Made by a program: the position numbers and the translations under genes. A stretch of 63,569 nucleotides of DNA, filler included, from Octopus bimaculoides (taxonomy: Eukaryota), in NCBI RefSeq assembly GCF_001194135.2. It is 6 parts of 6 records of this genome, joined end to end, with 100 filler letters (N's around TTAATTAATTAA, not from the genome) between each part and the next. Parts side by side here need not be neighbours in the genome. Positions count along the whole stretch, not along the records: positions 1 to 13,208 come from NC_068995.1; 5 more parts are not named here. One strand, 5' to 3'. How positions within the stretch are numbered: position 1 is the first letter of the stretch; each line of letters opens with the position of its first letter. The notes below the pieces were generated by a model. That model worked only from the letters and a program-made list of their open reading frames with translations, was not told where the DNA came from and made no database searches. Shown here piece by piece: positions 1 to 13,264 of this stretch.

Positions 1-54
<54 letters not shown>
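1..54. repeat. (AG)n microsatellite
   Basis: Direct reading. Confidence 0.99.
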
Positions 55-57
<3 letters not shown>

Positions 58-314
58 GTGAGATCATTTCAGTTGCTGTCAAATTTTAAAATTAAGTGAA
101 AATTTTCAATTTTTTTTATTGTTGTAATTTTTCATGCTGTATGTTAGTCATTCATTAATTCCACAAACATTTTAGAAAATTTTGCGGAAGTTTAAAGCTT
201 GATCACTTTTACCCAATCAGAAAACAGAATTTGTGCGTAATAGTTGTCATAAAATGAAAGTAAACATCAGAATAACGAGGCAATAAACAGATGAAAGTAA
301 TACGCGAGGGTGAC

Positions 315-460
315 TACGAGGGGCTGCAGAAAAGTTCCAGACTTTGGGTAAAAGAAAATCCACGAGAATCAGTAAATTATGATTTTATCCAACGTATTCA
401 CCTCTCAGACTCACACACTTATTGCAGCGGTCCTTCATTGTTTTTAAGCCCTGTAAAACT
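315..460 (-). mobile_element. Mariner 3' end fragment
   Basis: Minus strand QGLKTMKDRCNKCVSLRGEYVG* matches the mariner C-terminus (RWxKCxxxxGxYVE); TIR-like TACGAGGGGCTGCAGAAAAGTTCC. Confidence 0.7.
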
Positions 461-1622
461 CCTCGTACATATACAAAGACAATGAGTGTCAAAGAGTATG
501 ATAGATATATATTGAGAGATACATTGATGAGGATAGAGAATGGGAGAGTTGTCTATCTATAAGTTAAGTTTATTTCTCGCAGAAAATTATATATTTTTAT
601 TATTATTCATGAGCGTCCTTTCCTTTGGAACGCAGAATTCGAAAAACAAAATCGTTTTTCTAAAGGATGCACCGTTTCAGAGCATTTTAGAGATGAACAA
701 CATGCATAAGCGCATATAGTCGCATTTGTATAATAGATATATAAACAAGTAAACAGATATATGATCTACGAAATATGATCTAGGATATATACATTTATAT
801 TTTAACGAAATTGATTAGAGTTTTTTTGTCGTTATGTTGTATCTCCCTCTTTCACTTCTTGAGTCGGATGATACTAGAGTGATGGAAATGGACGGTGTGT
901 GTATAAATGTGAGAGAGTATTCTAACTTGCATTACATTTCGTATAGGTGTATGCATGTGTGCAAGCTCTCATGTAAGCTTTCTAATAATCAGGCATGTAC
1001 TTGCTTGACCCTTAGGACTCAATTTAGTGCACTTCCTCAGACACCTGACTATGCTTATAAGCAATATCTTTCGCATTCTCGCTCTCGCACTCTCTCTCTC
1101 TCTCTCCCTATCTCTTTCCCTCTTTATTTCACTGTTAATAAAAATAAGAAAACTCCTTTCTCTTAGGGTTATATACATACGAAGTTACAGAACATAAACG
1201 CAGTTCTCATTTTGTTCTGCCTACAATTTGACATTGGTAATCGATAATGGATCGAATTATTTCTTTCTTTTGATTATATGGCGTTCAAAGGTGTACTATG
1301 CTATCAAGAACGTAACAATTACCGCATGGCACATAGTATATGCTAGTGAACATGTTCAAATTTCATGCAATTTATTATATTACAATAAAAAATTTAACCA
1401 GATATCCACTTTTACTGTACTCCGGATATACAATTACATTCTGTTATTTATAGAATTTTATATAGAACCAAACGAAAACATAAGGACATGTTATGTTCAA
1501 TAACTGAATGGAAGTTAGATATACTTAATGTTACATGGCGTTCTAGACAACGGATAACTGTTATATTATCTAGTTCAAATTTGTAACTTTTTAACACACA
1601 CACACGCACGAACACACACACA

Positions 1623-1694
<72 letters not shown>

Positions 1695-1899
1695 GAAGTG
1701 TATGTTTGTGTATGTGTACAGTATTTTATTGCTTCTTGAGAACACGTGTGTGTCTATGCCTACTGTCGTATATGAATATTTCCATTTATTGAGAAATTGA
1801 ATTTTAAATCGTTTCGTTTCAATGACAATTTACTACAATCAGGTCAATAAATTAATCTGTATTTAACAGCCGCCTTAAAGTTTAAGATACATGTTCAGC

Positions 1900-3720
1900 T
1901 CTGATCACCGTCACTAACGCTATACCGTGACTTCATATGTCATAAACCTCAAAAGCGGTTCAAAAACTGTCTACATATTCCTCTCAACTTTAATTCACCC
2001 ATACTACATATTTTTGGCTGCATGTTGCTCTGATAAAGAAAAACTATTTCTGCACAGAAATCATCGCCATTATCTTCGGGATACTTTGGTTTTCATAATT
2101 GCAATTGAAATGTTTTATTCTTTTCTTTGCAACACTCGTGTGCTTTTGGATGTGTATATATTAATATGTTGGTATCATATAGTTTATTTTCTTTGTGTAT
2201 TTCTCTGTCCATCGTTGTGGGAATGGGAATTTTTTTCCTAGATTTTAATTGGCATTTGTTTGCAGCAAGTGCCACAAAATCTACTGTTAGTTTTAAAATA
2301 ATATTACAAGCTATAATTTTTATTTGTTAAAATATCGTCATATTCACGGATGTTTTGTCTATTTTTATCAATTTTATCACTCTTTTCAATTGAACATTTT
2401 TTTTTTAATGAAACATCTTTGACAATTTTCAAGTGCAATTATAATGCTTCTAATCATTCTTTTATAGCACATAAAATGAAAACAGTGTTGTAAAATTACA
2501 AATAAATAATAAAAGAAAAATAATACAACACTGTAAAGAATTCAATAGTGACACATACAATGTTTCTATAGGAGGACAGTCATTCAACATAGGATAGGCA
2601 CTCATTAAACTAAGGTAATTGTTGTTATAAAAAAATAAAACAGTGAAGGTAAAAAAGTGATACTGTAAAAAGCATATATGAAGACTTAAAGTATGTTGTA
2701 CATTCGAGTAAATAGACCAATTACAGTGAGTAGCAAACTTTGATTTTCTCTGCTGAAGTGTTGCTTGAAAAACATTCTTTAACGTTTTGTTTTCTTGTAA
2801 ATTTGCGAAAAAGAAATTATTTATAAAAGCAACCTATTGCAATCATTCGTCTTTCCATCAGCAAATTATCGCCACCGTAATTTTTTAATGTAATAAATAC
2901 CCATCATATTAATAGAAGCTATGTTTGAAATATTTGTTAACGTATTATTATTTTGTTCATATTATTGAAGTCATTATATTTTGAACACTTTAATTTGAGC
3001 TTCTCCGACACAGCCAGGTACACCTTCGTATTCTGGAAGTTTTGTAGAACTGTTTTTGAAGTGTGATTTGGATTGGTTGTTTTTTATAATGTTGTGTCTA
3101 TTGTGAAAAGATGTTTTCTTTTGTTGAGTGATGTTTGTGATTCACATGTACTGTCTAATGTGTGTTAAGTGTTTTATCGTAAAGTAATGATTGCGTAAAG
3201 TACATGATGTTGGGATTGTATTATACCAACTGATGACAAATATGTAGAGGTTGTGTGAGCTGTTGGTATTAGAGCTTTCAACATCAATTTTTTAAGTGCA
3301 TGTACTGTGTTATTTGATTCGGTGATAATGATGCCAAATATTTTTAGTTATATTCATTAGTAGATCTACCTTCCTGTATATGATATGACAATATTTTTTT
3401 TATTTATTTCCGTCAAGTGCCCATTGAACATGTGTTTTGCTATTGAACATGTGTTTTACTTGTGTTTTGCTATTGAACAGAAATTTATCTTGTGTAGATT
3501 GTGGACAGCACTTTGCAGAGCTATATTTCGTGTATAATGTTGTGCGACCCGATATACCTGTAATGTTCTTATTTTTCCATGTATATTTCATACTATTTAT
3601 ATGTTCATGATTTTCCACTGCTTGAATATACATATAATTTGATAGTTTCTCCACCTCTATTGAGCAATTTTTTTGTTTAAAAGGAAGGGAAAGTATCTCA
3701 AACTGCAAACTCTAAATTTT
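1900..3720 (-). mobile_element. Highly degenerate LINE ORF2 relic
   Basis: Minus-strand fragments: KYTWKNK..SGRTTLY (end of an APE endonuclease-like region), then PQRWTE and VDSF*TAFEVYD..HG, loosely matching the RT WxxA/P and DFxKAFDxVxH motifs. Many stops. Confidence 0.45.
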
Positions 3721-4149
3721 ATAGCGGAGAAAAGCGCCGACTTACAAAGCTTTGTGACAAGAGAATCTACGTTAGTATCCCAACAATTGGGGAGAAAAGA
3801 AAAGAGAAACGCTAACATGCATAACACCACAATTGCTTAACACACGACTCTTATCTGGGAAACTCGTAGTTTTTTCTATATTTCTTTGAGATATAGTGGA
3901 TGATTCATTATACTATTTAGTGTTTTATTCATACGTTTAAGACAAATGTATGATTGCTACGCCTTGTAATTGTAAGAACACTTCTGAGAGCATTATGTTA
4001 TCCTAAATCTATAAATATAAGGCTAATAAAACGAGAAACGGAAAGGAAATTGCCTCATACTCATACGTATTTCAAACATACACTGTATAACAAAATTTCA
4101 AATAAAGTTTTGTTTCTAAATTGACCGCAAGCAAACAAATGCTCGACAA

Positions 4150-5640
4150 AATTCTTTGTTAATTTTTTGTGAACTATCTCTCCATCAAGAGAAAATATTT
4201 CAATTTGTTTTGCGTTTGCCATCAGGGTAACTTATTGATAACAATTGTGTGGAACATAGTTCTACAATTGACACTGAAGAATCTGTGTCTACCAAACTTA
4301 CTCTCGAAAGGGAACTGAACACTGTAATACAGTTAGTTTAAATATTTTAAATGCATATTATAACCAAGCAAGCAAAAATTGGAAGAGATTCTTCTGAAAT
4401 CCAAAGTGAGTAACTTTAGCCCCTTATAGTTCACACAATTCGCGAACTCACTATATGATGCAAATATGCTTTCAACAGGTAGCTACAACTGCCTTGTTGC
4501 ATTCTCGAATCAAAGCGCCCAAACTGTTGTTCCGTACAGTAATACTCGCCAGTCAAAAGGTTGACGGACCGAGTTCACATACAATCTCATGTGAAGACGT
4601 AAAATCAGTTCACAATTTTGTGCCATCATCTATGTGTTAACTATATATTCTACGGAAAACTAATGGACTCAAATCTATCAAAGAATCCAACCAATCACCC
4701 TCTATGCTGAACTGATACCATGTTATTTTTTGGCGAGGAACTCGTGGGTGAGGATACAATTTGGTCCAATACTCAATAAAGTATGGGCAAGTTGACTTAA
4801 TTGGTAAAGGGAGCTAATGAAGTCTCATGCCAACCGACTTCTGGTTAAGAGTTGCCACAAAGGAGTTAGCTTGAGACGTGGAACACACTAAATCATTTTT
4901 ACTTCAATACTTATAGCTGTGCTATAATGACAACAAACATGGACTTGCTTCTCTAAGCTCCACTTTAAATGACCAAATGATTGTTGTCTTTGAATAGTTA
5001 ATTTCGGTTGTGAATATTATCCTTTTCTTCTGCTCTGCCAAGCCATCCACATCTCATATTCCAGGTTGAGTACATCCACTTATATTTAAACATCGCCTAT
5101 ATTTTTCTCACCAGCTCATCTCGTACGGATTGACATACAGAAACATCAGAAGTAATTAAAAAGTAGTCATACTTGAAGGATTGAGGTGGTGGTGACAAGC
5201 GTTTCCAGTAGATGATTAATAATATTGACTGCCGTGAATTCAATATAGATGAACACCTAGAAACGTATGTTGATAAACATCTACCATTTTATATGCAAGA
5301 GTTTCATCTCATATTAAGATCTTGTGACGATATTTAAATAGAAATTATAGGGAATACTATTATACATTTTCTATAGATCTAAAATAATCATATATTCAGA
5401 AAGTGTTATACATTTCATCACATGTGAAAGATGCCTTACATACAACTTCTATGGATGTACAATTCCTAGTCTACTTAAAATACAAACAAAGGCAATTAAT
5501 AACATTTACTGGTGCCAAAGTAAAAATAAAATAATGTTGAACATTAGAAAATCGTTATCTAAAGCATCTTCTGGGGAGTTTTCCATTTCATTACTGCTAG
5601 TTCTCGGGTCAATCACTGGAAATGTCGTAGGCGACTACTA
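4150..5640 (-). mobile_element. Degenerate RTE-like LINE RT relic
   Basis: Minus strand LDL*KMYNSIP (cf. DLxKAYDSVP), followed by RLYVNSVRQPFDWRVLLYGTTVWAL (cf. VLLYGxETWxL). Confidence 0.5.
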
Positions 5641-5713
5641 CATTGCAGTAAACACCAGCAGTGATATGATGTATAAAACTACAACGTTAAGGTAATGTTC
5701 AACTACTATAAAA

Positions 5714-5731
5714 AGTGTGTGTGTGAGTGTG

Positions 5732-5810
<79 letters not shown>

Positions 5811-5874
5811 ATATATGTATGTATGTATTTATGTATGTATGTACGTATGCATGTATGTATGTATGTATGTATGT
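5714..5874. repeat. Compound (TG)n/(TATG)n microsatellite
   Basis: Direct reading; one of dozens of such tracts in the window. Confidence 0.98.
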
Positions 5875-6029
5875 AAGTATAAACATACATGGAGTGCATT
5901 TCAAGTGGTGTGAGATTTGTTTACAAGTGGCATTTATTAATGTCCTAGATTACTATAATTACATTATATCTTTATTATACATCTAACAAACTGACCTACC
6001 ATGTATTTATTCCAGATTGAAGGAATAAT

Positions 6030-6457
6030 TCGACCCCCTGGGTCAGGTCGTCAATTTAGAGTATTACTATGCGTTTTGAAGCGCTTGTGGGTGAAGATTC
6101 GGTGAAAACGATCATATCTATGGAGCACACAACATTACATTCTTCACGACGGCAATGCAGCTTATCACGGAGCTCTCCTCACTCGCGAGTTTCTCGCCCC
6201 AAAAAACATGGTATCAGTTCAGCTCCCGCCAGATTTAGCACCTGCAAACTTCCATCTCTTTCCCTAGATTAAAAGGCAGCTGAACGGTCGCAGTTTTAAC
6301 ACCGTTGTCGACATCCAGAGCGAATCGCAGAGGGTCCTCGACTCGCTTACGGAAAACGATGTCCATGCCGCATTCCATAAGTGGCAGGAACGCACTGACT
6401 TTTGTGGGACACGATGTTAAAACAAATAGTTCGGAAACGTTTTGATACCACCTCGTA
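6030..6457 (+). mobile_element. Mariner 3' remnant
   Basis: Translates to ..DNAAYHGALLTREFLAPKNMVSVQLPPDLAPANFHLFP*IKRQLNGRSFNTVVDIQSESQRVLDSL, and ends in a TIR-like TTTTGATACCACCTCGTA. Confidence 0.85.
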
Positions 6458-6516
6458 CATTTGTGTGTGTGTGTGTGTGTGTCTAAACAGATGCAATAAT
6501 TTTATTCCTTTTTTCC

Positions 6517-6577
<61 letters not shown>

Positions 6578-7959
6578 NNNNNNNNNNNNNNNNNNNNNNN
6601 NNNNNNNNNNNNNNNNNNNNNNNNNNNNNNNNNNNNNNNNNNNNNNNNNNNNNNNNNNNNNNNNNNNNNNNNNNNNNNNNNNNNNNNNNNNNNNNNNNNN
6701 NNNNNNNNNNNNNNNNNNNNNNNNNNNNNNNNNNNNNNNNNNNNNNNNNNNNNNNNNNNNNNNNNNNNNNNNNNNNNNNNNNNNNNNNNNNNNNNNNNNN
6801 NNNNNNNNNNNNNNNNNNNNNNNNNNNNNNNNNNNNNNNNNNNNNNNNNNNNNNNNNNNNNNNNNNNNNNNNNNNNNNNNNNNNNNNNNNNNNNNNNNNN
6901 NNNNNNNNNNNNNNNNNNNNNNNNNNNNNNNNNNNNNNNNNNNNNNNNNNNNNNNNNNNNNNNNNNNNNNNNNNNNNNNNNNNNNNNNNNNNNNNNNNNN
7001 NNNNNNNNNNNNNNNNNNNNNNNNNNNNNNNNNNNNNNNNNNNNNNNNNNNNNNNNNNNNNNNNNNNNNNNNNNNNNNNNNNNNNNNNNNNNNNNNNNNN
7101 NNNNNNNNNNNNNNNNNNNNNNNNNNNNNNNNNNNNNNNNNNNNNNNNNNNNNNNNNNNNNNNNNNNNNNNNNNNNNNNNNNNNNNNNNNNNNNNNNNNN
7201 NNNNNNNNNNNNNNNNNNNNNNNNNNNNNNNNNNNNNNNNNNNNNNNNNNNNNNNNNNNNNNNNNNNNNNNNNNNNNNNATATATATATATATATATATA
7301 CACACATACATACAAATCCGTAATCGATAAAATCCTGAAACAAAATGCCAATATCCACTCGACCAGCTTCTGAGCAATCAAAATAAACGCAACAATTCTT
7401 TTAGTAAAAGTCAAATTAAACTTAATTCTAAGTGAAATATTGAACGCAGTAGCATTGATCGAAAGGAAATATATCAACATGGATCAATAGAAACTTAGCT
7501 ATGCTACAATAATCAAATATTTCAGAGAAATATTAGCCAAATGTAACGAGGCCATATTACAGATTATTTTGAACATTGAAACATTAAAATTTGCACAGTA
7601 TGTATTGTAGAAATTGATAAGCTTTTATAAGTTAGTTCAATCCAATGAAAATGGGGAAAAGAAATAAACAAAATAAACTAAAAATTATAAAAGCAGCTAT
7701 CTGCTCTTACGTATCTATGACAATGAAAGAAGATGGCTGAGATTATGAAAAAAAAAAAAAAAAACAGAAGCAACAGTAAAAGAAATGAAATATTCAGAAG
7801 ACAATTCACCTTCCTTAGATTGCCAAGTGAAGAATTCGAGTATCTTCTTGATGACAATCAAAACAATACTATGAAGAAATCATAGCAGAAAATAATCTAC
7901 GAACGTCGTACGCATCTAAAACAATAAGTAAGTTACTATCTTTCTGTTTTTACGTGGAT

Positions 7960-7990
<31 letters not shown>

Positions 7991-9706
7991 CGCGTGTGTG
8001 TGTGTGTGCGTGTACGCGTGTATGTGCGTGCGTGTGATTGCATAATATAAACGCCATTAAAAAGTAATTGTGTAGTGATGAAAAGATAAGATTATCTCAA
8101 TGAATATAATTTCCATTACTTCGATGTGTGTCGCGGATATCTTCGGCCATATCTCAGTCTCATTAGACTGAATTGCCGCACTTGCGCAAGTACTAAGGAC
8201 ATAATTTTTTCCATATTTTTCGTGAGTGGTGAAAAATTAGAATAGTTAATCAAATGAGTCACTGAGAGAAAAATCTCAAAAAACGGAGTTAAATCATTGG
8301 TAATATATTTAATGTTGTGAACATCAAAAAGCTTTCTCCTATACAAGCCAAAATAATGTATGAGTCAGTGTTCTAATGTTGTCTTTCCCTCATCGCATAA
8401 TTATAATTAATTAGCTTTTGATACGGCTTTAAATATTTCAGCACCAACTTAAGTATCATTTTTCATGCTAATATCTTCTTTGATTTAATTACATTAAATG
8501 TATCCATTTTTTTTTTTAATATGGTACTTTCTGAAAAATTCTAATCGCATACGGTATTGTGCACCTACTTACCGTCATTTTCTTTAACACATGAGCAAGT
8601 AAATAGCTGAAGTAGCTGAATACGACTCAGACATACCCGGAAGAATCTCCTGAGTTTGTTGAAGTAAGTAAATTATTACTTACTGATGAGATATTTTCTT
8701 TTCTTAACTGCAGAGAAACATTTAAAACAGCACCACAAGAGACCGGTAACAATGAGAATTTGAACTATGTTTTGCAAATTTCATGTTTTGCCTATACCCT
8801 AGCATCCATAGAATATAGACTGCTAGCTTTTTCTTTTATATATCTCCTTTCTGTTCGCGATTTTAAAATAATGCATTTCAAAGGGCGAATATATCACAAA
8901 AGCACAATAAATTGATGACCTCGTAAATATCACCATTCATTTATTTAATACGAATTTTGCATTTTTTTTTTTTTATTTTAGAACATCATGGAAATATGTT
9001 TTCAGAATTGAAATATGCAACGCAAAACTATGAATTTTAACTTAAACGAATTGAAATATGATATCGGATGATATATTATACAGACAACAGTTTACAAATA
9101 AAATTCGGAATTTACAAGAGTGTGCATCTGATTATATGAGTATTTACACACACGCGTGCGCACGCACGCACACACACACACATACACACACACAAACACA
9201 CACAAAGCACACACACACAAAGCACATATACACACACACACACACAAAGCACACTATCACAAATGGATAGAAAGAAAGAAAATTAATATGCAAAACCATA
9301 TATCCAAAACAAGACATTTTATGACAAAATATTTTATGAAATGTTGCATACGCAAATAAAGCTTTGAAAAACGTAGTAACACAGAAAAAAAGTCTGTATT
9401 TATGACGTTGTGAAAAAATGTGATCCAGGCATATTTGTTACAGGAAGATTCCTAAGTGGAAAAAAATTATGCAAGTATAAGCGTTAAATATTACCGGAGG
9501 AAATGTACAATAAATTCTAATTATATTTTGTTTACAAGTTGATAATTATGCATATAAAGAACTGTTATATATGAGAGAGAATGTAGCAGTTTTTATTTAC
9601 AGCATCCAAAGTTTTATGTTGTACTAAATCCTCTGTCCGCCTGCGCACACATACATACATCCTTACACTCACATAACACACACACGCACACACTCACACA
9701 CATATA

Positions 9707-10983
9707 CAGGTTGGACCAAAAGTCTAAAAAGTGTTTGATTGTGTAATGATTCCTTTAACTTTCTGTCTGAAATCTATAATGCCCTTGTCTCATATAGAAA
9801 ATGCATATAGAAAATGAATTGACACAATATGTAAAATCACATCTCGTAAGTGGTGACCATTTTCTGCTTCGCACAACTGTGCCCTTTCTACAGTATTTTC
9901 TGGCAGCTTTTAATGTTTCAGGTTTTAGTGCTCTGATTTCGGCCCGAATACTGTTCTTAAGTTGTTGAAGCGCCTGAGGCTCAACAACATATTTGTTTCC
10001 TTCAGATAGCCTCATAGGATGTTGCCAAGAGCCGTCAGGTCTGGAGAACGTGATGGCAAGCGTATGTCAGAACCAAGGGAAAATTTCTTCCCTTAAAAAT
10101 ATGCATCAGTAGTTAGAGTATGGTCCTTGCTGTGTGAGCTGTCGCTACGTCCTCTTCAAAACCACATGTCAGGTTTATCTTAAACTGCAGGGAATAACAA
10201 ATTTTCAATCACACACCGATATTCATCTCTTGTAATAGCGACAGGCTCCCCATCGTCGTAAGAGAAAAAATGAGGTCCGATTACCTCTTCTGACATCATC
10301 CATACTAGATCATACACTTAAGGGGATGCAATTCCCTTTGCTAAATTGCCCTAGGATTTTCTGAATCACAAATCCTAGATTTTTATTTGATAAGACATTC
10401 AAATGAAAACGTGTTTCCTCTGACATTATCAGCTTTCGGATAAAATCGAGATGTTCGCTTGCTACTTCTCGAAAGCTAACTGCATATTACAATCTATGGA
10501 CATAATCTGGTGCACAATTGGATTTTATAAGAAAGAGTTTCGAGGTTTTCAGAATACGTTGGCGCGACGTTCGGGAGGCCCCAACATAACCAGGCCGCTT
10601 CCGTGGAAATTCTTGACGACACCCCCACCACCAACAACAACAGCAACAAGAACAACAACTACACGTCTGATTGTGGATTTATTCCTAAAGACCACCTTCT
10701 GGACCTCCTCCCTCAAAACCACCAATCAAATGTCATTCGCTTGGAGATTCGCGCACGCCGTAGTGACTATAATATGCACGTTGAGCTAGAAATATAGAAC
10801 ATTGGTCTCCATAGTAAACTTACACAATTTGTTTTCGCTGTTCGGATGCGAAATTTTTTTATGGTTAATTTCCAAGGTCTTCATAAAATTTGGTAACAAA
10901 AATAAAAGAAATTAATTTTCAAAGACCAGACTGTTATCAAAAAATATATATTTCAATCACTTCGTTACTTTGGGCTCACCCAG
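9707..10983 (-). mobile_element. Degenerate Tc1/mariner-superfamily transposon, near full length
   Basis: Minus-strand fragments in the expected order: NKSTIRRVV, GASRTSRQRILK, SYKIQL, PSRSPDLT, LWGYLK, QQLKNSIRAEIRAL. Degenerate termini CAGGTTGGACCAAAAG / CTTTGGGCTCACCCAG. Confidence 0.75.
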
Positions 10984-11276
10984 GATCTGAATGAATACAG
11001 CTATTATTTTTTTTATTATTGCTGTTCAACGGAAAGTTACGATTGTGACTCATGGGGAAAGAATTTAATGCACGATACTTCGTAAGAGTCATGCACAACA
11101 CTCCTGAATAGAGTTTGTAAATATCTGCCGATAAAAATAATTTGATAATATTGGCATATTTACTTACACACAAACAGACACACACACACATGCATACATA
11201 CAGAGTACTTACATACATACACACGTACTTACATACATACACACACACATACATACATACATATATATATATACAT

Positions 11277-11308
<32 letters not shown>

Positions 11309-11367
11309 TTATACACACAAATATTTTATATTTATATATATAATTATACCAACCGATTCGCTATAAG

Positions 11368-11411
<44 letters not shown>

Positions 11412-12082
11412 CATATACATACATACATATACAGTTGATGTGTATTCCGTTAAGAACGTATTAGAGTACAAAAATAGATCACGTTCACACAGAAAATTAC
11501 AGATAGCCTGCAGTATTTTGTGTGGGGGGTTGCATCTGTATATACGTACATATATTTTTTATATACATATATAAATATGTGTATATATGTATATGTATGT
11601 GCATGTGTATGTATATGTATGTATGGGAATGCCCAGAGAAGTAGTGGTACACCTGTTTGCGAGTGATAGTATATGTATGAACGTATTTTTTGCGAAATAA
11701 TTAAATTTAGCATGCGCAACCTAACATATGAAACAAAGTAAACAAAGTACACAATGCCGCTCATGCCGAGCGTGCAGAGGCACGCTCACAGCGAGCGGAT
11801 TGAAACTATCAGCACCTGGTAGATTCAAAGAAGCTGGTTGCTTGAGATAGCATTGAAATCAAACATTCATTTCCGGAGACAACGATTATATACCCGAGGA
11901 TATAAAACTGAGTCCTATTATAAAGGAAAACAGTATTTAAATCCTGTATATATGTGGATCTATGTTCTATCGAAACATGTGTAGTGGTCATTAAAAAGTG
12001 GTTGACAGAGGGTAGTAGGGTACCAAACACAAACACGAAGACACATACGCATATATATATATATATATACATATATATATAA

Positions 12083-12158
<76 letters not shown>

Positions 12159-12224
12159 ATAACACACAAGTGTGTGTGTGTGTGTGTGTGTTATATATAT
12201 ATTTATATATATATATATATAAAT

Positions 12225-12577
12225 CAAAATAAGCAACACGAAGTTCAAAGATGATTGCAGTACGCACGTTTCATACTACTCCATTTATTTATGTAATGCG
12301 AGCATTACATTAAATGTAATATGTAGAGCAATCTTCAGCTGCACAGAAATGTAGAAAATTACAGTAGATTGGACATATTATAATTGTGGTCGGAAGAAGA
12401 ATACATAAAAGTCCATCTTGACATAGCCAAGGCTAGCAGGCTAGTTTCTACATTTCTGTGCAGCTAAAGATTGCTCTACATATTGCATTTAATGTAATGC
12501 TCGCATTACTTAAATAAATGGAGTAGCATAAAACGTGCGTACTGCAATCATGTTTAAAATTCGTGTTGCTTATTTTG
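12225..12577. repeat. Long inverted repeat / foldback MITE-like element
   Basis: 133-bp arms (12225-12357 and 12445-12577) with 8 mismatches by manual alignment, and an 87-nt spacer. Confidence 0.9.
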
Positions 12578-12779
12578 CTTTTTTCATCACCTTGCATTTA
12601 GAATGGTTTTTGGATAATGCCATGCTATATTCTGGTGCCTAAACATAAGTTCTATATTCAATTTTGAATCTAAATCTAAATATATATATATATATACATA
12701 TATATAGACAATATATGAGTATATGCAGATATATTTACATGTATGTATATATGTTCTTCCACATGTACATATAGATACA

Positions 12780-13208
12780 TAACTGGGTACATGACGTGGC
12801 AAAAGAACAAAAATGGTAAACAAGGTGCAACAAACAAGCAGAAACATCCCCTTCATCAGCTGCCTCCATTAAAACTCCGGCGTTTCGAATAATTAAGGCA
12901 GTACGCATCGTTAAAATGGTTACTCCCACGAACACAAATTAAATTGTTTTCGTGGAGGGTAGTGGCGGACGGAAAACAAGACAGGAAAACGAAACGGTGA
13001 AATAAACAAACAAAAAGGCTGTACAGCCAGACGTGAAGTGTGTATGTCTCGAACGCTGTGAAACACGTACAGGAGGGGCAAAGAAGTACGTGCGAGCTTG
13101 GTGATTCCAAGAACGAAAAGAAATAGCAGCCGCACACACGTGACCAAGGCTGTGTGAAGAACAGCCAGACGTGAAGTGTGTATGTCTCGAACGCTGTGAA
13201 GCACGTAC
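12780..13208 (-). mobile_element. Penelope-associated repeat with an internal 48-bp direct duplication
   Basis: CCCTTCATCAG module is shared with about 42285 and 59436. ACAGCCAGACGTGAAGTGTGTATGTCTCGAACGCTGTGAA(A/G)CACGTAC occurs at about 13023 and 13161. Confidence 0.5.
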
Positions 13209-13252
13209 NNNNNNNNNNNNNNNNNNNNNNNNNNNNNNNNNNNNNNNNNNNN

Positions 13253-13264
13253 TTAATTAATTAA
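13253..13264. other. Artificial scaffold linker TTAATTAATTAA (unsized gap)
   Basis: Always 44 N + TTAATTAATTAA + 44 N = 100 nt. Also at 42798-42809, 47332-47343, 53011-53022 and 61941-61952. Palindromic, with stops in all six frames. Confidence 0.95.

Noticed and set aside
8620-8750. Apparent 50-nt GT-AG intron between two small exons
   Set aside because: The upstream part resembles a SINE family C fragment, the intron is very short, and the joined peptide is unrecognisable.
10553-10797. GC-rich + ORFs (EYVGATFGRPQ..HVELEI and ..TTPPPPTTT..) that look like a terminal exon
   Set aside because: The minus strand reads as the N-terminal part of the Tc1/mariner relic (NKSTIRRVV, SRTSRQRILK, YKIQL) with a (GTT)n expansion, so the + ORFs are shadows.
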